From positions 28,882,213 through 28,946,212 of the forward strand of contig OZ234493.1 of NCBI GenBank assembly GCA_965153455.1: DNA of 64,000 nucleotides. Reading direction: 5' to 3'. Position numbers and translations under genes: made by a program. Below are positions 26,048 through 40,000 of this stretch, piece after piece (positions within the stretch are counted from its first letter, which is position 1; the number at the start of each line of letters is the position of its first letter). The stretch comes from Sphagnum compactum. Its lineage: Eukaryota. The notes under the pieces were generated by a model. The model saw only the letters and a program-made list of their open reading frames with translations. It had not been told where the DNA came from and did not search any database.

Positions 26048-27559
26048 CCTAGTCTGAACCTACCTATTTAGCATAGGTAAATAATGTTAGGCTAAAAAGA
26101 TAAATAAATAGGCCAACCTATTAACCTACCTATGTGGATTAAGCCTAGGTACCTTAGGCCTCCCTAAGTTACCTATAAATTGCCACATGTCTCCTTGTAA
26201 TTTGATAAAATATTAACTTACAAATTGTCATGTGTCACCTTGTAATTCGATCAAAACATTAACCTACAAATTACCATGTGTCCCATTTCAATTTGCTAAA
26301 GATTACACCTCATTAGTTTAAGCTAGGTCTCCCTAGGTTAATAAACATGCCATGTGTCATATTGAAATTTGTTATTAGTTGTATACATGGCATAATGTAA
26401 GGTCCAATCAAATTAGTTGCATGTTAATTGCATGGCAATTGCATAAACCATATGTTTCACATACACATGAAATGATATATGTTGACTTTGACTTCATCCA
26501 TCATCTGCAACTAAAGATGCATGTGACTTGTCCAAGGCAACTAGGGGACTTTTAGCTACATATTATGCAAGCAACTAAAACATAGTGGCATGGGCCAATT
26601 GACAGAAAAAATTGTTTTTTACGACTTCTCTTATGCAACTACATGTGTCTTATGCAACTAAAAAAAATGTTGCATGCAACTATTTATTAGTTAGATGCAA
26701 CACATGTAGTTGCATAAGACAAGTTGCAAAATACAAATTTTTTATTAATGGTCGTAGAAAGCCATTTATTTTCTGGTGTTATTCAAATTCAAATTAGTGT
26801 AATGTTTTTGTTTGAAAATGTCCTAAGTTTGTCAACAAAAAAACACACCTAAACAACACCATGGATGACAAAAAATGGAGAAGAACAAAAAGATAAGAAT
26901 GTTGACAAGGAACAACAAAATGACAACAAAAATTAATAAGGGTGTTAAAAAGGCACGTTGGAAACACCAAGGGTGTCTACATCTTAGAAGTAGAGATAAG
27001 TTTCAGGATGCTTTTAATACTTATCATGCAGCACACAAACTTTGCAGGTGGAATGATAACTTGGCCATTACTAGGATGAGCCTTTAAAAGTAGTGTATGC
27101 AATTAATAATCACTTGGGCCAGGCCCCATAAGAGAGTCTCAAATTGCTTGACTTGCATTATTTCAATATGCACAAAGCAGACACAAATGATTGAATTGAA
27201 TTTCAAACAAAAGAAATTTCTTACTTTCTACCTTCATGAATATTCTTGCATCTTTGCAAACCCTTGAGCTTCCAAGCTGATCATAACCTGACCCTGCCTG
27301 CAGCAGTCGGAAGCTGCTTGACTCCATAGCTCACTGTCGTGTCACAAACAATGTTCATGTCCATCTTGCCATTTTCATTGCCAAAATCTCTCTCAGCAAT
27401 TGATCAATCTCTCTGTAATCAATCAATCTTGCAGCATTGATCTCACGAAGTTCTATGCATGTGAATCTGTATCTTGAGATGTTCAGCTTGACAAGAACAA
27501 TACATATGCAAGAAATGTTGACATGCTTTTTCCGCACACCATTTTGTCTTTGTTTGATG

Positions 27560-27880
27560 TCAGCTACAAGTGATTATGAATACAGAGACATAGCCATGGA
27601 AAGTGTAGATGCTGCTGGTGAGTCTGCCAGGGGGAGGAGAAGGAGGATACTGGCGGACACAGATTTTAGAGCTCAGTTTGAGATTGCACCCCTGAGACAG
27701 CAGTACACCTTGCTTGTGCAACTTTTTCCCACAGCTTTCATAGGAGGAAGCCAAGCAGTTGCAGAGCATTTTGACTGTCATGTCCAAGGCTATCAAATGC
27801 TCATTGAAGAAGAGAGGGTTGGATTTGCCACCATTGAGGAAAGCTGAGTATGTATGAACCAAGTGGTTCTCTTCACACAG
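27560..27880 (+). pseudogene. DUF506 (PD-(D/E)XK-like plant family) pseudogene
   Basis: DYEYRDI...RILADTDFRAQFEIA...YTLLVQLFPTAFIG, then frameshifted LQSILTVMSKAIKCSLKKRGLDLPPLRKAEYV*TKWFSSH; typical DUF506 C-terminal motifs. Confidence 0.8.
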
Positions 27881-28971
27881 GCACACCACGAATCTGGTTT
27901 CTCAACAACACAACAACAAAACTGGTCAATGTCCTGCCGCTGCTGAAAGAGCTGCAGTTCAAGATTTTCCTGGCATTGCTACAAGAGACAAGAAGGGACA
28001 GGACTTGAAATTCACAAATGAGATGGAGATACTGCTATTCCGTAAGACTGATCATCATTCAATGTCAGAAATGATGATTATGATGATGAGAGGGATCATG
28101 AAGAATGAAATCACATCATCACAAAGACCAACGACCACCAAGCATTGTTATGTAAAGAAACAAGATCAAGAAGCTTCAGAGCCTAGTGATGAGGGAGTGT
28201 TTGCCAGAGGTGCAAACTTGTTGCACAATCTATTAGCTGTTTGTGATCAAGCAAAGACCAATCGTGATTATAACATCAGTGTTGAGGAGATTGATAACAC
28301 GGCTTGGCAACCCGGAAGTGATGCCCAGAGCTTCAGACAGGCATAGTCCTCCACTTGCAGGTTTAACTGCAATCCTGAAAGAGACAATCCAAGCACATTG
28401 AGCAACAGAATTCTGAGCAAGATCCGAATTTCTTTTTGCAGGTTGTATGAATGAAAAGAATGCGACTCAGTACTGGGAGAGAGACTGGGAATGAATCCCA
28501 GGGGGGGGGCGGGGGGTGATTTAGCAAGTTGCCCAGTTTTTTCAGCCCTGACTGCTAGTGTAAAGGGGGCCTTAGACTAAATCAGGGTCTCGGAGTTCAA
28601 ATTTAACATTTCTTTGATGTTATTATCGGGAAAAGGGCTCATTCACGACGGTGAATGTACTAACGTAGGTGCAAAAAGTTAAAAAATTAAATCAGCCTGG
28701 CCATCAATTACAGGTTGCCCCAATTCCTTCACAAACACCAGACTTGGTTGTGGGCACCATAACACAAACCAAAAATGGGCCAAAAGTTACTGGCTTTGAC
28801 TAGGCTAAGGCCACAGATCTCAGATCCAACATGTTTGCACCAGATGTCAATCGTGCTGATTGTGGTTTTCCACATAAGCAGTCAAAAGGGTCTTGCAGTA
28901 AAACATCATTAGTTTCACAACATATTTTCCCATACTTTATTTAGAGTGCACACATATATATACTTCTGTAC

Positions 28972-29143
28972 CAGTACTTCTTTTTCTTTTTCTTTCCCAA
29001 TTTTGTGGTTTGTAAATTTTGTCCATTCTTTCCACTTTTTGATCATTTTTTTCACGAATTTGCACTATTAAAACAAAATTTCCCAATTTCTTCAAAAAAA
29101 ACTTTGTAGCCACAGTGCGAAAATTCACCAAGAAAAATCACTG
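28972..29143. mobile_element. Short hAT-type MITE
   Basis: cagt...actg termini with T-rich/A-rich subtermini; flanks ttctgtac / ctctgtac give an 8-bp TSD with one mismatch. Confidence 0.7.
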
Positions 29144-29344
29144 CTCTGTACAGAATTTCTTTCGTTTTTCCACTCCCCATTTATTTGCTATGACCGTCCA
29201 GGTAACTTTTCCTTCTCCCCCCAGGCTGCTCCAATCATAGCCACTGGCCAGGGCGAACCAGCACCTACACTGGTACACTCACCTTCTTGAGCAAGGCCTC
29301 TTAGAGGCTGTCTTTGTGGATTCAGATACCCTGATTTTGTCTAA

Positions 29345-29646
29345 GAGCATCTCCACCCCCAAACTGTACGCAACCCCTTTATGTTAAAATAGAATAGTGT
29401 TTAATGATCACTGTCCCCACCCACAAACGTCATGAAAGTCCCTTTGAAACACTCAAAGACCATTCATGTCTTTACATCTGGACCATTAATAGTCACTGTC
29501 CAAATCCGTAGTAAAAAAAAGCTTTTAAAGGGGTTAAAATGACCACTGCAAAATCGACGTCAATACAGGAGCAGAGCGGGAGTCATGCTATCCTGCTGCA
29601 AGATTTAATGAAAAGGGGTGTTTGCAAGTGTGGGGTGGAGATGCTC
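29345..29646. mobile_element. PIF/Harbinger (Tourist-like) MITE
   Basis: Perfect 15-bp TIR GAGCATCTCCACCCC at both ends, flanked by a TAA TSD (29342-29344 and 29647-29649). Confidence 0.9.
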
Positions 29647-29715
29647 TAAGGATGCTACATCATGTTTTGAAACTGCCCCCAAAAACTTTGGGATTTTCAC
29701 TGTGGTTCTACTGTA

Positions 29716-29962
29716 GGCCAGGTTCACCCGACCAAGGCAAATTGATCCCCACATTGTGATCATGGTAAAAATCGCAAAGCCCATTTAAATTGCTCATAAT
29801 ATTCTAAATATTAAAAATATCATTTCCCTAAACAAAATCCTGGTCCCTAAGCCCAAATTTATAAATTTTGGGGCCTAATATGGCCATTTGAATGGGTTTT
29901 GGGGGTTTTTACCATGATCCCAATGTGGGGGCCAATTCACCCTGGCTGGTTCAACCAAGGCC
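29716..29962. mobile_element. Fold-back MITE with long imperfect TIRs (~80 bp)
   Basis: ccccacattgtgatcatggtaaaaa...gcccatttaaat pairs with atttgaatgggt...tttttaccatgatcccaatgtgggg; ggcc at both ends. Confidence 0.75.
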
Positions 29963-30604
29963 CAATTAATCATGCATTGCCTGCAACATGAGCTCTGGCA
30001 GAACGCTTCAATAATTCACTGGGTGAAATCAGCAAACAGCAGGAAACGTGTGGATCAATAGTTTTTTGGGTCAGTTTTGAGATATAGCCCAAGTGGCTAT
30101 CAGCAGTAGGAAGATTTAGTCAGATTTGGCTATGAGCTAAATATGGCATTAGAAAACTTTAAACATATTTCTCTTATTTTTTACTACCTACTTGAAAACC
30201 ATGTATGGAAATCTGACGATTTTTTTTTGGATTTGGTTGAATTTTAGCTATAGAGAATCTCAAAAAGCATTTGATTTTAGCACTTTTCAAATTTATGACT
30301 TAGCTTTTTGGCTACAGTTTTTTGGTAAAAGAAAGGTCGGTGTGTGGATGTGAACAAAAGTCATGAAGATAATAATGGAGGAGGCCAGAGGGAAAAAGTG
30401 AAGCGTGTTTGACAAGTCTCAAGCTGACATTGCATATTCCATCCTCAATTATGAGTAGAAAATAGACACATGTGTTCCTGAAGGAAAGTACTGAATTGTT
30501 CAGTGGCCAAGAAATCGGTAAAGCGCGTATGCTACAGTCTGAAGAGTCACGGCAAAACCCTTCTCGAAGTTTCTGGGGGAGGAGAAAATGAAGAAGAAAC
30601 GTCT

Positions 30605-31020
30605 GTGAGAAAAGTCGAAAAAGGAGTAAGAGAACAGAGTGGGGGAATTCCAGGGAGATCGTGAAGAGGAAAGGGGTTGATGTTTTTTGGAGAGATCTAG
30701 TGGAAAGATCAGCGTAGCGTGCGGGAATCTGTGATGTGACGGACACCCGTCATACCCTGTGTATGCTATTGGGATGGCAGAGGATTTCTAGCTGGTTTTA
30801 TTAGAGCTTCTTCTCATGTGAGAACAGTCGAAAAGGAGTAAGAAGAGAAGAGTGTGAGAATTCCAGGGAGATCGTGAAGAGGAAAGGGGTTAATGTTTTT
30901 TGGGGAGATCTAGTGGAAAGATTAGCTTAGCTTGCGGGAATTTGTGATGTGAGGGACACCCATCATACCCTTTGTATGCTATTGGGATGGCAAAGGATCT
31001 GTAGCAGGTTTTATGAGAGC
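30605..31020. repeat. Tandem duplication of a ~210-bp unit just upstream of the HNL gene
   Basis: agtcgaaaa(a)ggagtaaga...gaattccagggagatcgtgaagaggaaaggggtt...gtatgctattgggatggca occurs at ~30605-30807 and ~30818-31020. Confidence 0.92.
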
Positions 31021-31083
31021 AAAAGGTTAAGAGAAAAATATTTATGAGAGCAGTGAGCAAAAGTAATTCCAGTAGTGCGAAAT

Positions 31084-34000
31084 ATGGGAAGTTCATATGG
31101 CCTCAAGGGAAAAGGAGTGGATCTTTCACAAGGGCCACCAAAAAGAAAGAGAGATGTTGTGCATTTCCCTGCTGCGATTGAGACACCTTTGGTCCCTGCT
31201 GAAAATGCTCCTCCAAGCTCTAGATGGCACAGCAATGTGGTGCTTCTTCTTAATCTTATGACGAACTTTCTTTGCACAGTTTTTTCTTGGGCTTTCCCAA
31301 GTTACATGTTGAAGTTTGATTTTCCTTTGCTTTTTTAAATTTTGTTTGGGTGTGTGTTGAAAATTTTCCTTGACCCTTACAACCATGTTAGCTCGTTGTC
31401 TTCACAAAGCATCAGGAGAAGGAGGTCTAGTTCAGATTTGAACTCCCAACCAGCAGCTTCACAACCATACCCTTTAGCCACTAGGGTACCTAAATGTCCT
31501 CAATCATTTACAAGCTTCCTTGTCATACATTTTCACTTTGCCTACTTTCCAGTTTGTTTCCAATATGAAATGATGTTCAAAACAATAGGAAATGGAGTCA
31601 TCATTATAGCCTCTTACACTTGTTATAACAAGTAGAATTGGTAAAAGGGAAATTTGTCAATTGCCATTGACTAAGAATATATTGAACTTATAAGGATTGG
31701 AACTTTCATTATGAGTTAAGTTCAATGTGTAGTCTTAATCCAACAACCTAAAGCAAATTATTAAAATGCTCTTGGACATTCTTATTGGGTTCGTGTCCTA
31801 ATTCCTTAGGAGTTGGAGGCCTTAGTGACCCAAATGTTGGGGAAAATGTCATGAAATACAAATGAACCAGACTAGATGGTTTAGTTAATCAACCCAAACT
31901 TGAAAGAATCCAATTCTTAGCATTAACCTTTATTGATTGGCATTAGTTCCACCTACTATGCAACAATATTTACTTATTGAACTATGTTTTGAAACTTTGA
32001 AGTCTATGACACGTGTGAATGACCTTCATTTGTGAGTCATGCAAGACAGATTTGGTATTCTCCAATTCATCTATTATTGTCTTCTTGTTAAACTTAATCT
32101 TTTCAATTATTGCCTTTATCTAACTACTATAATTTTTATATTGCATTTCTCTAATTTAATGTATAGCCAAATAATTTTGAAGAGATGTTTGAAGAATTAT
32201 GTTGACCCTTTTTCATTTTCTTTGCAGAAATATCTAGTGCATGATTTAAATCCCACTTGCAATTCCGATAATCCAAACTTGACCATTATTTTTTTTCATG
32301 GGATTGCTTTTGGCACAAATGATGAATGGAAGGAAACATGGACAACACGCCCCACCAACAATAGAGAAGAGTGCATATGTTGGCCAGAAAAGTGGCTACC
32401 CGAAGACTTGAACAACAATGTTTGAATTTTATCATTGTCCTATGATTCTAACATTGTGGCAAGTGTTCACAATGATGTCACTGAAATTGGCAAAAACCTC
32501 ATTCAAAGTTTGGTTATAAATTCAAGGTGTGACAATCTCCTCTATTTATGGACACATTAATTATTTCTCCTTGTGTACATTAAAGATAATTGTTTACATC
32601 TTAAAAATTTCTTAAATGTTTTGCATGAGTTAATTGTTCCTGTGTGCTAGTATTGTGATCCACACCAACAAGTTGCAATTTATTTGAATTGTTAGAGTCA
32701 TGTAGGGGAACGTAAAATGGGGCTAAAATGCAAATGTTCTTGTTTGATGATAATAGCAAAGTCTATGTTCATATTATAAGTTCATGGTACAACTAGTTTG
32801 GTTTTGATGGTAATTTTTAGTTTGCATTTTTTGAAGTTTTATCTTTGGTAATGCAATTGAATTAAATTAAATTAATACATCTATAGAAAATTTGCATCCA
32901 TTTCATTGCAAAAACATTATTTCCAAAAAAAGGTATATCTTTTTTTAATTTAAATTTCTTCTTATTTCAACGATATTTCCAAAGTAACACATAGAAGGTG
33001 AGTTCTACATTAACACAAGAATGTAAACACCTACATACTTGTACATAATAATAGTTTTACCAAAACATGGTTGTCACATTTTTTAGGTAGATTAGTGGAG
33101 TTGATAAATGAAAAATGAAAAATGACGAACAAATCAATTATGAATTTATGGCTCAGGTCATGTGTGGATTGGAAAATTGCCCCAAATATACTGGATAAAT
33201 TTGTACATGCTAATGCAATGTTGATAACAAAATTTTGGTGCATTGTTGAATATTTTGTAGTTATCAATCCCTTTGGGATGGACCAGTCGCATTAGTTGCT
33301 TATAGTTTTGGAGGTCTAGTACTCAAAAGCTTGGTGGTTGAAGCTTGGAAACACAAACATCAAAGGTTAAGAAATGATTTGGATGATGAAGTACACAAAT
33401 GTTGTAAGAAATTTTTGAACAATGTTAAAGGTGTAGTATTTTATAGTGTACCACATGCTGGTGGTACCCAATTTTTATCAAATTATTTCACTTGGCAACA
33501 TCAACAAATCAACACAATGAACAAGTATGCAACCCAATCTGGTTTTTAAAAAAATTTAAAATTTTTCAACCCACAAATGGAGCACCTTTCAATGGATTTT
33601 AAAAATGCCGCTCGTGAAAACCTCAACATTTATGCATTTGGCGAAGGATTACCACTCAACAAGAATTGGGTAAGATTTTCATTTCACCACATTGAAAGTT
33701 ATCCAACTTGGTTCAATAGTTGAACATTTTTTGTACTGTCAAAACTTGTCTGGGATCAAGGACTCAATATTTTTAAATATATTAATGTGGTGAATGGGTC
33801 ATGTGTTTTATGAACTTTATTTCATGAATTACTATGGATGGAAAGGAAATTTGATTGATTTCAAACATTAGGAAATAGGTTTTAAATTTTTCCTTTCATG
33901 AAATCAATTTCATATAAATATTTGTAAGGAAAATCATAACATCATTAAAACATGTAAGATTAATGAGATTAAAAACCAATAACTTTGTGATTTATTGATA

Positions 34001-37000
34001 TAATTTCCTTGCCAAAAGGTTGAAAGAAATTTTTTTACACAAAATATTTCATTTTGATTCAAACATCAATATTTATAAAACTTAGTTTCCACCACCATTT
34101 GGAATTACTATATTATTTATAAGTTAAAGCATAAGTGAACAAACAAGTCAATGAGTTCCATTAACTTAATGTTTTGCAAATGCAGGGAATTTTAGTACCA
34201 TATGCCTCAACTATTCAATTATCAAACAACAACCATTACAAAATTGAGGATGCTAATCACTTGACAATTTGCAAGCCACCAAACAAAGATCATCCAAATT
34301 ATTCTTTATTGTTAAAATGTTTGAAAATATGTATGGAGGTAAAAACTTCAAATCTGAATCTTTTGATTTCATATATGTTCATGTAATTTGATACACATTA
34401 GGTCATAGCACACTTGATGTGTATCGCATACGCAATGTCAGATATATTTGTTATCAAATAAAAAAGATAACATATAAATGACCTATATTTTGTGAATTTT
34501 GACAGAAAAATATATTGCTTCCACGTTTGCCATATCATGAGGTGGCGTTGATTGGCAAAGCAAAAGACATAAACATCTTGTTACAAAAGGAATATATTAT
34601 TGGTTTGGTTGGAATGGGTGGGATTGGGAAAACCACTTTGTGCAAAAAATTCTATCATTTGTTCCACAACCAATATGACAAATCTAGTTTTTTAGAGGAT
34701 GTGAAATCAAAAGACAATATTAACGATGTCATAAAACAACTCCTACATGATTTGTGTGGGATATGCAAGGATAAAACTGTGAATCAAGATGACCTTGACC
34801 GAATTAGGCAATGTATGATATCGGAAAAAGTGTTAATGGTGGTGGATGACGTTGGTAAAGCAGAGAACCTTACATCCTTGCAACTTCTCATTGATACCAA
34901 GAATGCAACTCCTAAAAGCAAAGTACTTGTGAATTGTCGAAATTGGCAAATTTTGAAATCTCATGTAAGTGAAGATGGAAAAGTGGTCATGAAATCTTTG
35001 GAAGAAAAACAAGCAAGGGAACTATTTATGTTCCATGCATTCGGTAATGCAAATCATGTTCCAACAAAGGATTTCAAAGATATATGTATGAAGATTATAA
35101 AAGCTTGTGGGGGGCTCCCTTTAAGCCTTAAAGTATTGGGTTCTTTTTTGTGTAATATTAAAGAGTTAGAAATTTGGGAAGGTGCATTAAGCAAATTGGA
35201 AAGTGGGCAAAGCTTCACTGGGGGCAATGATAATGAAGAACTTTGGAGTAAATTGAAGATTTCTTATGACCATTTGGATAAGGAACATCAAAACATGTTT
35301 TTGGATATTGCTTGTTTTTTGGGTGGTTTGAAAATAAGTACAATTTGTCGAGTGTGGAGTGGAGATTATTTATACCCAAGGTTTGCATTACAAAATTTGC
35401 AACATAGATCTTTAATCCAATGGGTAGAAGGTGGAATCTTGTACATACATGAACAATTACGAGACATGGGACAATATATTGCAAGGGAACCTCCAATTAT
35501 GAATCGATTTATATGGAAATCAAATATGTCAAAAAAAAATTTACAAAAGGATGAGGTTGTCACCATACTATTTCAATCCTATAATTTTATTATGATATCC
35601 TATGATTTCTTTTGATGTCCAAAACCAAATGCTTTAAATTTGAATCTTGATTTTATAAATACAGGCTTTTTTAATAAATTTGGCACTAGGATGAAATGTT
35701 TTTTTGTATTGATAATCCTTTTGTTTTCATTTCATGTGATAGGTGATGGAAAATTTAGAAGGCATCTCATTGAAAAAATGTGTCAAGTTGCCTACATTGT
35801 CCCAAATTAGTTCAAAGGGATTTCGCAACCTTAGGTTGCTTGACCTAACAGAAGCTTCACCAACTATCGTGGAAAATTGCATCCAAGGGAGAAATTTGAA
35901 TAATGTTAAATGGTTGTGCCTCAAGAACTGCATGATTCAAAAATTGCCAAATAATTTGTTTAATTGTTTCCAAATACAAGTACTTGATTTGGCACAATGC
36001 CAAAGTTTGGAAGAAATACCTTCATCTATTGGCCAATTAAATGCACTCCAAGAGCTTGATTTGTCGTGGTGTAAAAAATTGCAAAAATTGCCCCCATCTA
36101 TTGGCGAATTGAATGCACTCGCACAACTTGATTTGTCACAGTGTTCCAACTTGAAAGAACTACCTTCATCTATTGGCCAATTGAACGCACTCCAAAAGCT
36201 TCAATTGTCGCAATGTTCCAACTTGAAAGAACTACCTTCATCTATTGGCCAATTGAACGCACTCCACACGCTTGATTTGTCACGGTGTTCCAACTTGAAA
36301 GAACTACCTTCATCTATTGGCCAATTGAACGCACTCCAAAAGCTTCAATTGTCGTAATGTTCCAACTTGAAAGAACTACCTTCATCTATTGGCCAATTGA
36401 ACGCACTCCACACGCTTGATTTGTCACGGTGTTCCAACTTGAAAGAACTACCTTCATCTATTGGCCAATTGAACGCACTCCAAAAGCTTCAATTGTCGTA
36501 ATGTTCCAACTTGAAAAAACTACCTTCATCTATTGGCCAATTGAACGCACTCCAAAAGCTTCTTTTGTCGAACTGTTCCAACTTGAAAATACTACCTTCA
36601 TCTATTGGCCAATTGAACGCACTCCAAGAGCTTAATTTGCGGGGGTGTTTCTACTTGAAAGAATTACCTTTATCTATTGGCGAATTAAACGCACTACAAC
36701 AACTTGTTTTGTCAAAGTGTTCTAACTTGAAAGAACTACCTTCATATATTGGCCAATTGAACGCACTCCAAGAGCTTTATTTGTCAAGGTGTTCCGACTT
36801 GAAAAAACTACCTTCATCTATTGGCCAATTGAACACACTCCGAAACCTTAATTTGAAGGGGTGTTTCCACTTGAAAAAATTACCTTCATCTATTGGCCAA
36901 TTGAATGCACTCCAAATTCTTAAATTGTTAGGGTGTTCAAACTTGAAAAAACTACCTTCATCTATTAGCCAATTGAACACACTCCAACAGCTTCATTTAT

Positions 37001-40000
37001 GGGGGTGTTCCAACTTGAAAGAACTACCTTCATATATTGGCCAATTGAACACACTCCACACGCTTGATTTGTCAGAGTGTTCCAATTTGAAAGAACTACC
37101 TTCATCTATTAGCCAATTGAACGCACTCCACACGCTTGATTTGTCACGGTGTTCCAACTTGAAAGAACTACCTTCATCTATTGGCCAATTGACAACACTC
37201 CAAGAGCTTGACTTGTTAGAATGTTCAAACTTGAAAGAACTATCTTCATCTATCGGCCAATTAAACGCACTCCAAGAGCTTAATTTGCGGGGGTGTTCCA
37301 ACTTGAAAAAACTACCTTCATCTATTGGCCAATTGAATGCACTTCAAAAGCTTGATTTGTCATGGTGTTCCAACTTGAAAGAACTACCTTCATCTATTGG
37401 CCAATTGAACACACTCCAAGAGCTTCATTTATGGGGGTGTTCCAACTTGAAAGAACTACCTTCATCTATTGGCCAATTGAACGCACTCTCAGAGCTTGAT
37501 TTGTCATGGTGTTCCGACTTGAAAGAACTACCTTCATCTATTGGCCAATTGAATGCACTCTCACAGCTTGATTTGTCATGGTGTTCTAACTTGAAAGAAC
37601 TACCTTCATCTATTGGCCAATCAAATGCACACCCACAACTTGATTTGTCAAGGTGTTCCAGCTTGAAAGAACTACCTTCATCTATTGGCCAATTGAATGC
37701 ACTCTCACAGCTTAATTTGTCATGGTGTTCTAACTTGAAAGAACTACCTTCATCTATTGGCCAATTGAACGCACTCCAAAAGCTTCAATTGTCGCAATGT
37801 TCCAACTTGAAAGAACTACCTTCATCTATTGGCCAATTGAACGCACTCCACACGCTTGATTTGTCACGATGTTCCAACTTGAAAGAACTACCTTCATCTA
37901 TTGGCCAATTGAATGCACTGTCACAGCTTGATTTGTCCAGGTGTCCCCTATTGAAAAAACTACCTTCATCTATTGGGCAATTGAACATAATCCAAAAGCT
38001 TAATTTGTCATGGTGTTCCGACTTGAAAGAAATACCTTCATCTATTGGCCAATTGAACCCACTCCACACGCTTGATTTGTCACGGTGTTCCAACTTGAAA
38101 GAACTACCTTCATCTATTGGTCAATTGAACGCACTCCACACGTTTGATTTGTCACGGTGTTCCAACTTGAAAGAAGTACCTTCATCTATTGGCCAATTGA
38201 ACGCACTCCACACGCTTGATTTGTCACGGTGTTCCAACTTGAAAGAAGTACCTTTATCTATTGGCCAATTGAACGCACTCCACACGCTTGATTTGTCACG
38301 GTGTTCCAACTTGAAAGAACTGCCTTCATCTATTGGCCAATTGAACGCACTCCAAAAGCTTCAATTGTCGCAATGTTCCAACTTGAAAGAACTAACTTCA
38401 TCTATTGGCCAATTGAACGCACTCCAACAGCTTAATTTGTGGGGGTGTTCCTACTTGAAAGAACTACCTTCATCTATTGACCAATTGAATGCACTTTCAC
38501 AGCTTCTTTTGTCAGAGTGTTCTAACTTGAAAGAACTACCTTCATCTATTGGCCAATTGAACGCACTCCACACGCTTGATTTGTCACGGTGTTCCAATTT
38601 GAAAGAACTACCTTCATCTATTGGCCAATTGAACACACTCCGAAAGCTTAATTTGTGGGGGTGTTTCTACTTGAAAGAATTACCTTCATCTATTGGCCAA
38701 TTGAATGCACTTCAAATTCTTAATTTGTTAGAGTGTTCAAACTTGAAAGAACTACCTTCATCTATTAGCCAATTGAACACATTCCAACAGCTTCATTTAT
38801 GGGGTGTTTCAACTTGAAAGAACTACCTTCATCTATTGGCCAATTGAACGCACTCCACACGCTTGATTTGTCAGGGTGTTCCAATTTGAAAGAACTACCT
38901 TCATCTATTGGCCAATTGAACGCACTCCAAGAGCTTAATTTGCGGGGGTGTTTCTACTTGAAAGAATTACCTTTATCTATTGGTCAATTAAACGCACTAC
39001 AACAACTTGTTTTGTCAAGGTGTTCTAACTTGAAAGAACTACCTTCATCTATTGGCCAATTGAATGCACTTCAAGAGGTTGATTTGTTAGGGTGTTCCAA
39101 CTTGAAAGAACTACCTTCATGTATTGGCCAATTGAATGCACTCCAAGACCTTGATTTGTGAAAATGTTCGAGCTTGAAGGAAGTATCTTCATTTATTGGC
39201 TAATTGAACGCACTTTAAAAGCTTCATTTGTGGGAGTGTTAGAACTTGAAAGAACTACCTTTATTTACTAACCAATTGAATGGAATCCAAGAGCTTGATT
39301 TGTCAGGGCGTTCGAACTTGAAAGAACTACCTTCATCTATTGGCAATTGAATGCACTTCAAACGTTTGATTTGTCAAGGTATTCCACTTGAAAAAACTAC
39401 CTTCATCTATTGGCCAATTGAATGCACTCTAAGACCTTGATTTGTAAAAATGTTCAAACTTGAAGGAAGTATCTTCATTTATTGGCCAATTGAATGCACT
39501 CCAAGAGCTTGTTTTATCAGGGTGTTTGAACTTGAAAGAATTAGTTTTATCTATTGGTCAATTGAATGCACTCCAAAAGTTTGATTTGTTAAGGTGTACC
39601 AACTTGAAAGAAGTACCTTCATGTATTAGCTAATTGGATGCAATCCAAAAGCTTGATTTGTTAGGGTGTTACTATTTGAAATAATTACATTTATGTATTG
39701 GCCAATTGAATGCACTCCAAAAGTTTTATTTGTACGAGTGTCGCAACTTGAGAGAACTGCTTTCATCTATTAGCGAATTGAAATCACTGCAAATCTTTAT
39801 TTATAAGATTTTTGCCACTTGAAAACATCATGAAATAAGTACATTCATCTAGGGGCGAATTGAATGCACTCAAAGTGCTTCATTTGTCAAGGTGATTTAA
39901 CTTGAAATAACTACTTTCATTTATTTACTAGTTGAATACATTCCAAGAAAGCTTCATTTGTTAGGGTGTTCCAACTTGAAAAAACTACTTTCATTTGTTA

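Noticed and set aside
35937-38636. Repetitive minus-strand ORFs (WSAFNWPIDEGSSFK)
   Set aside because: Antisense shadows of the LRR array.
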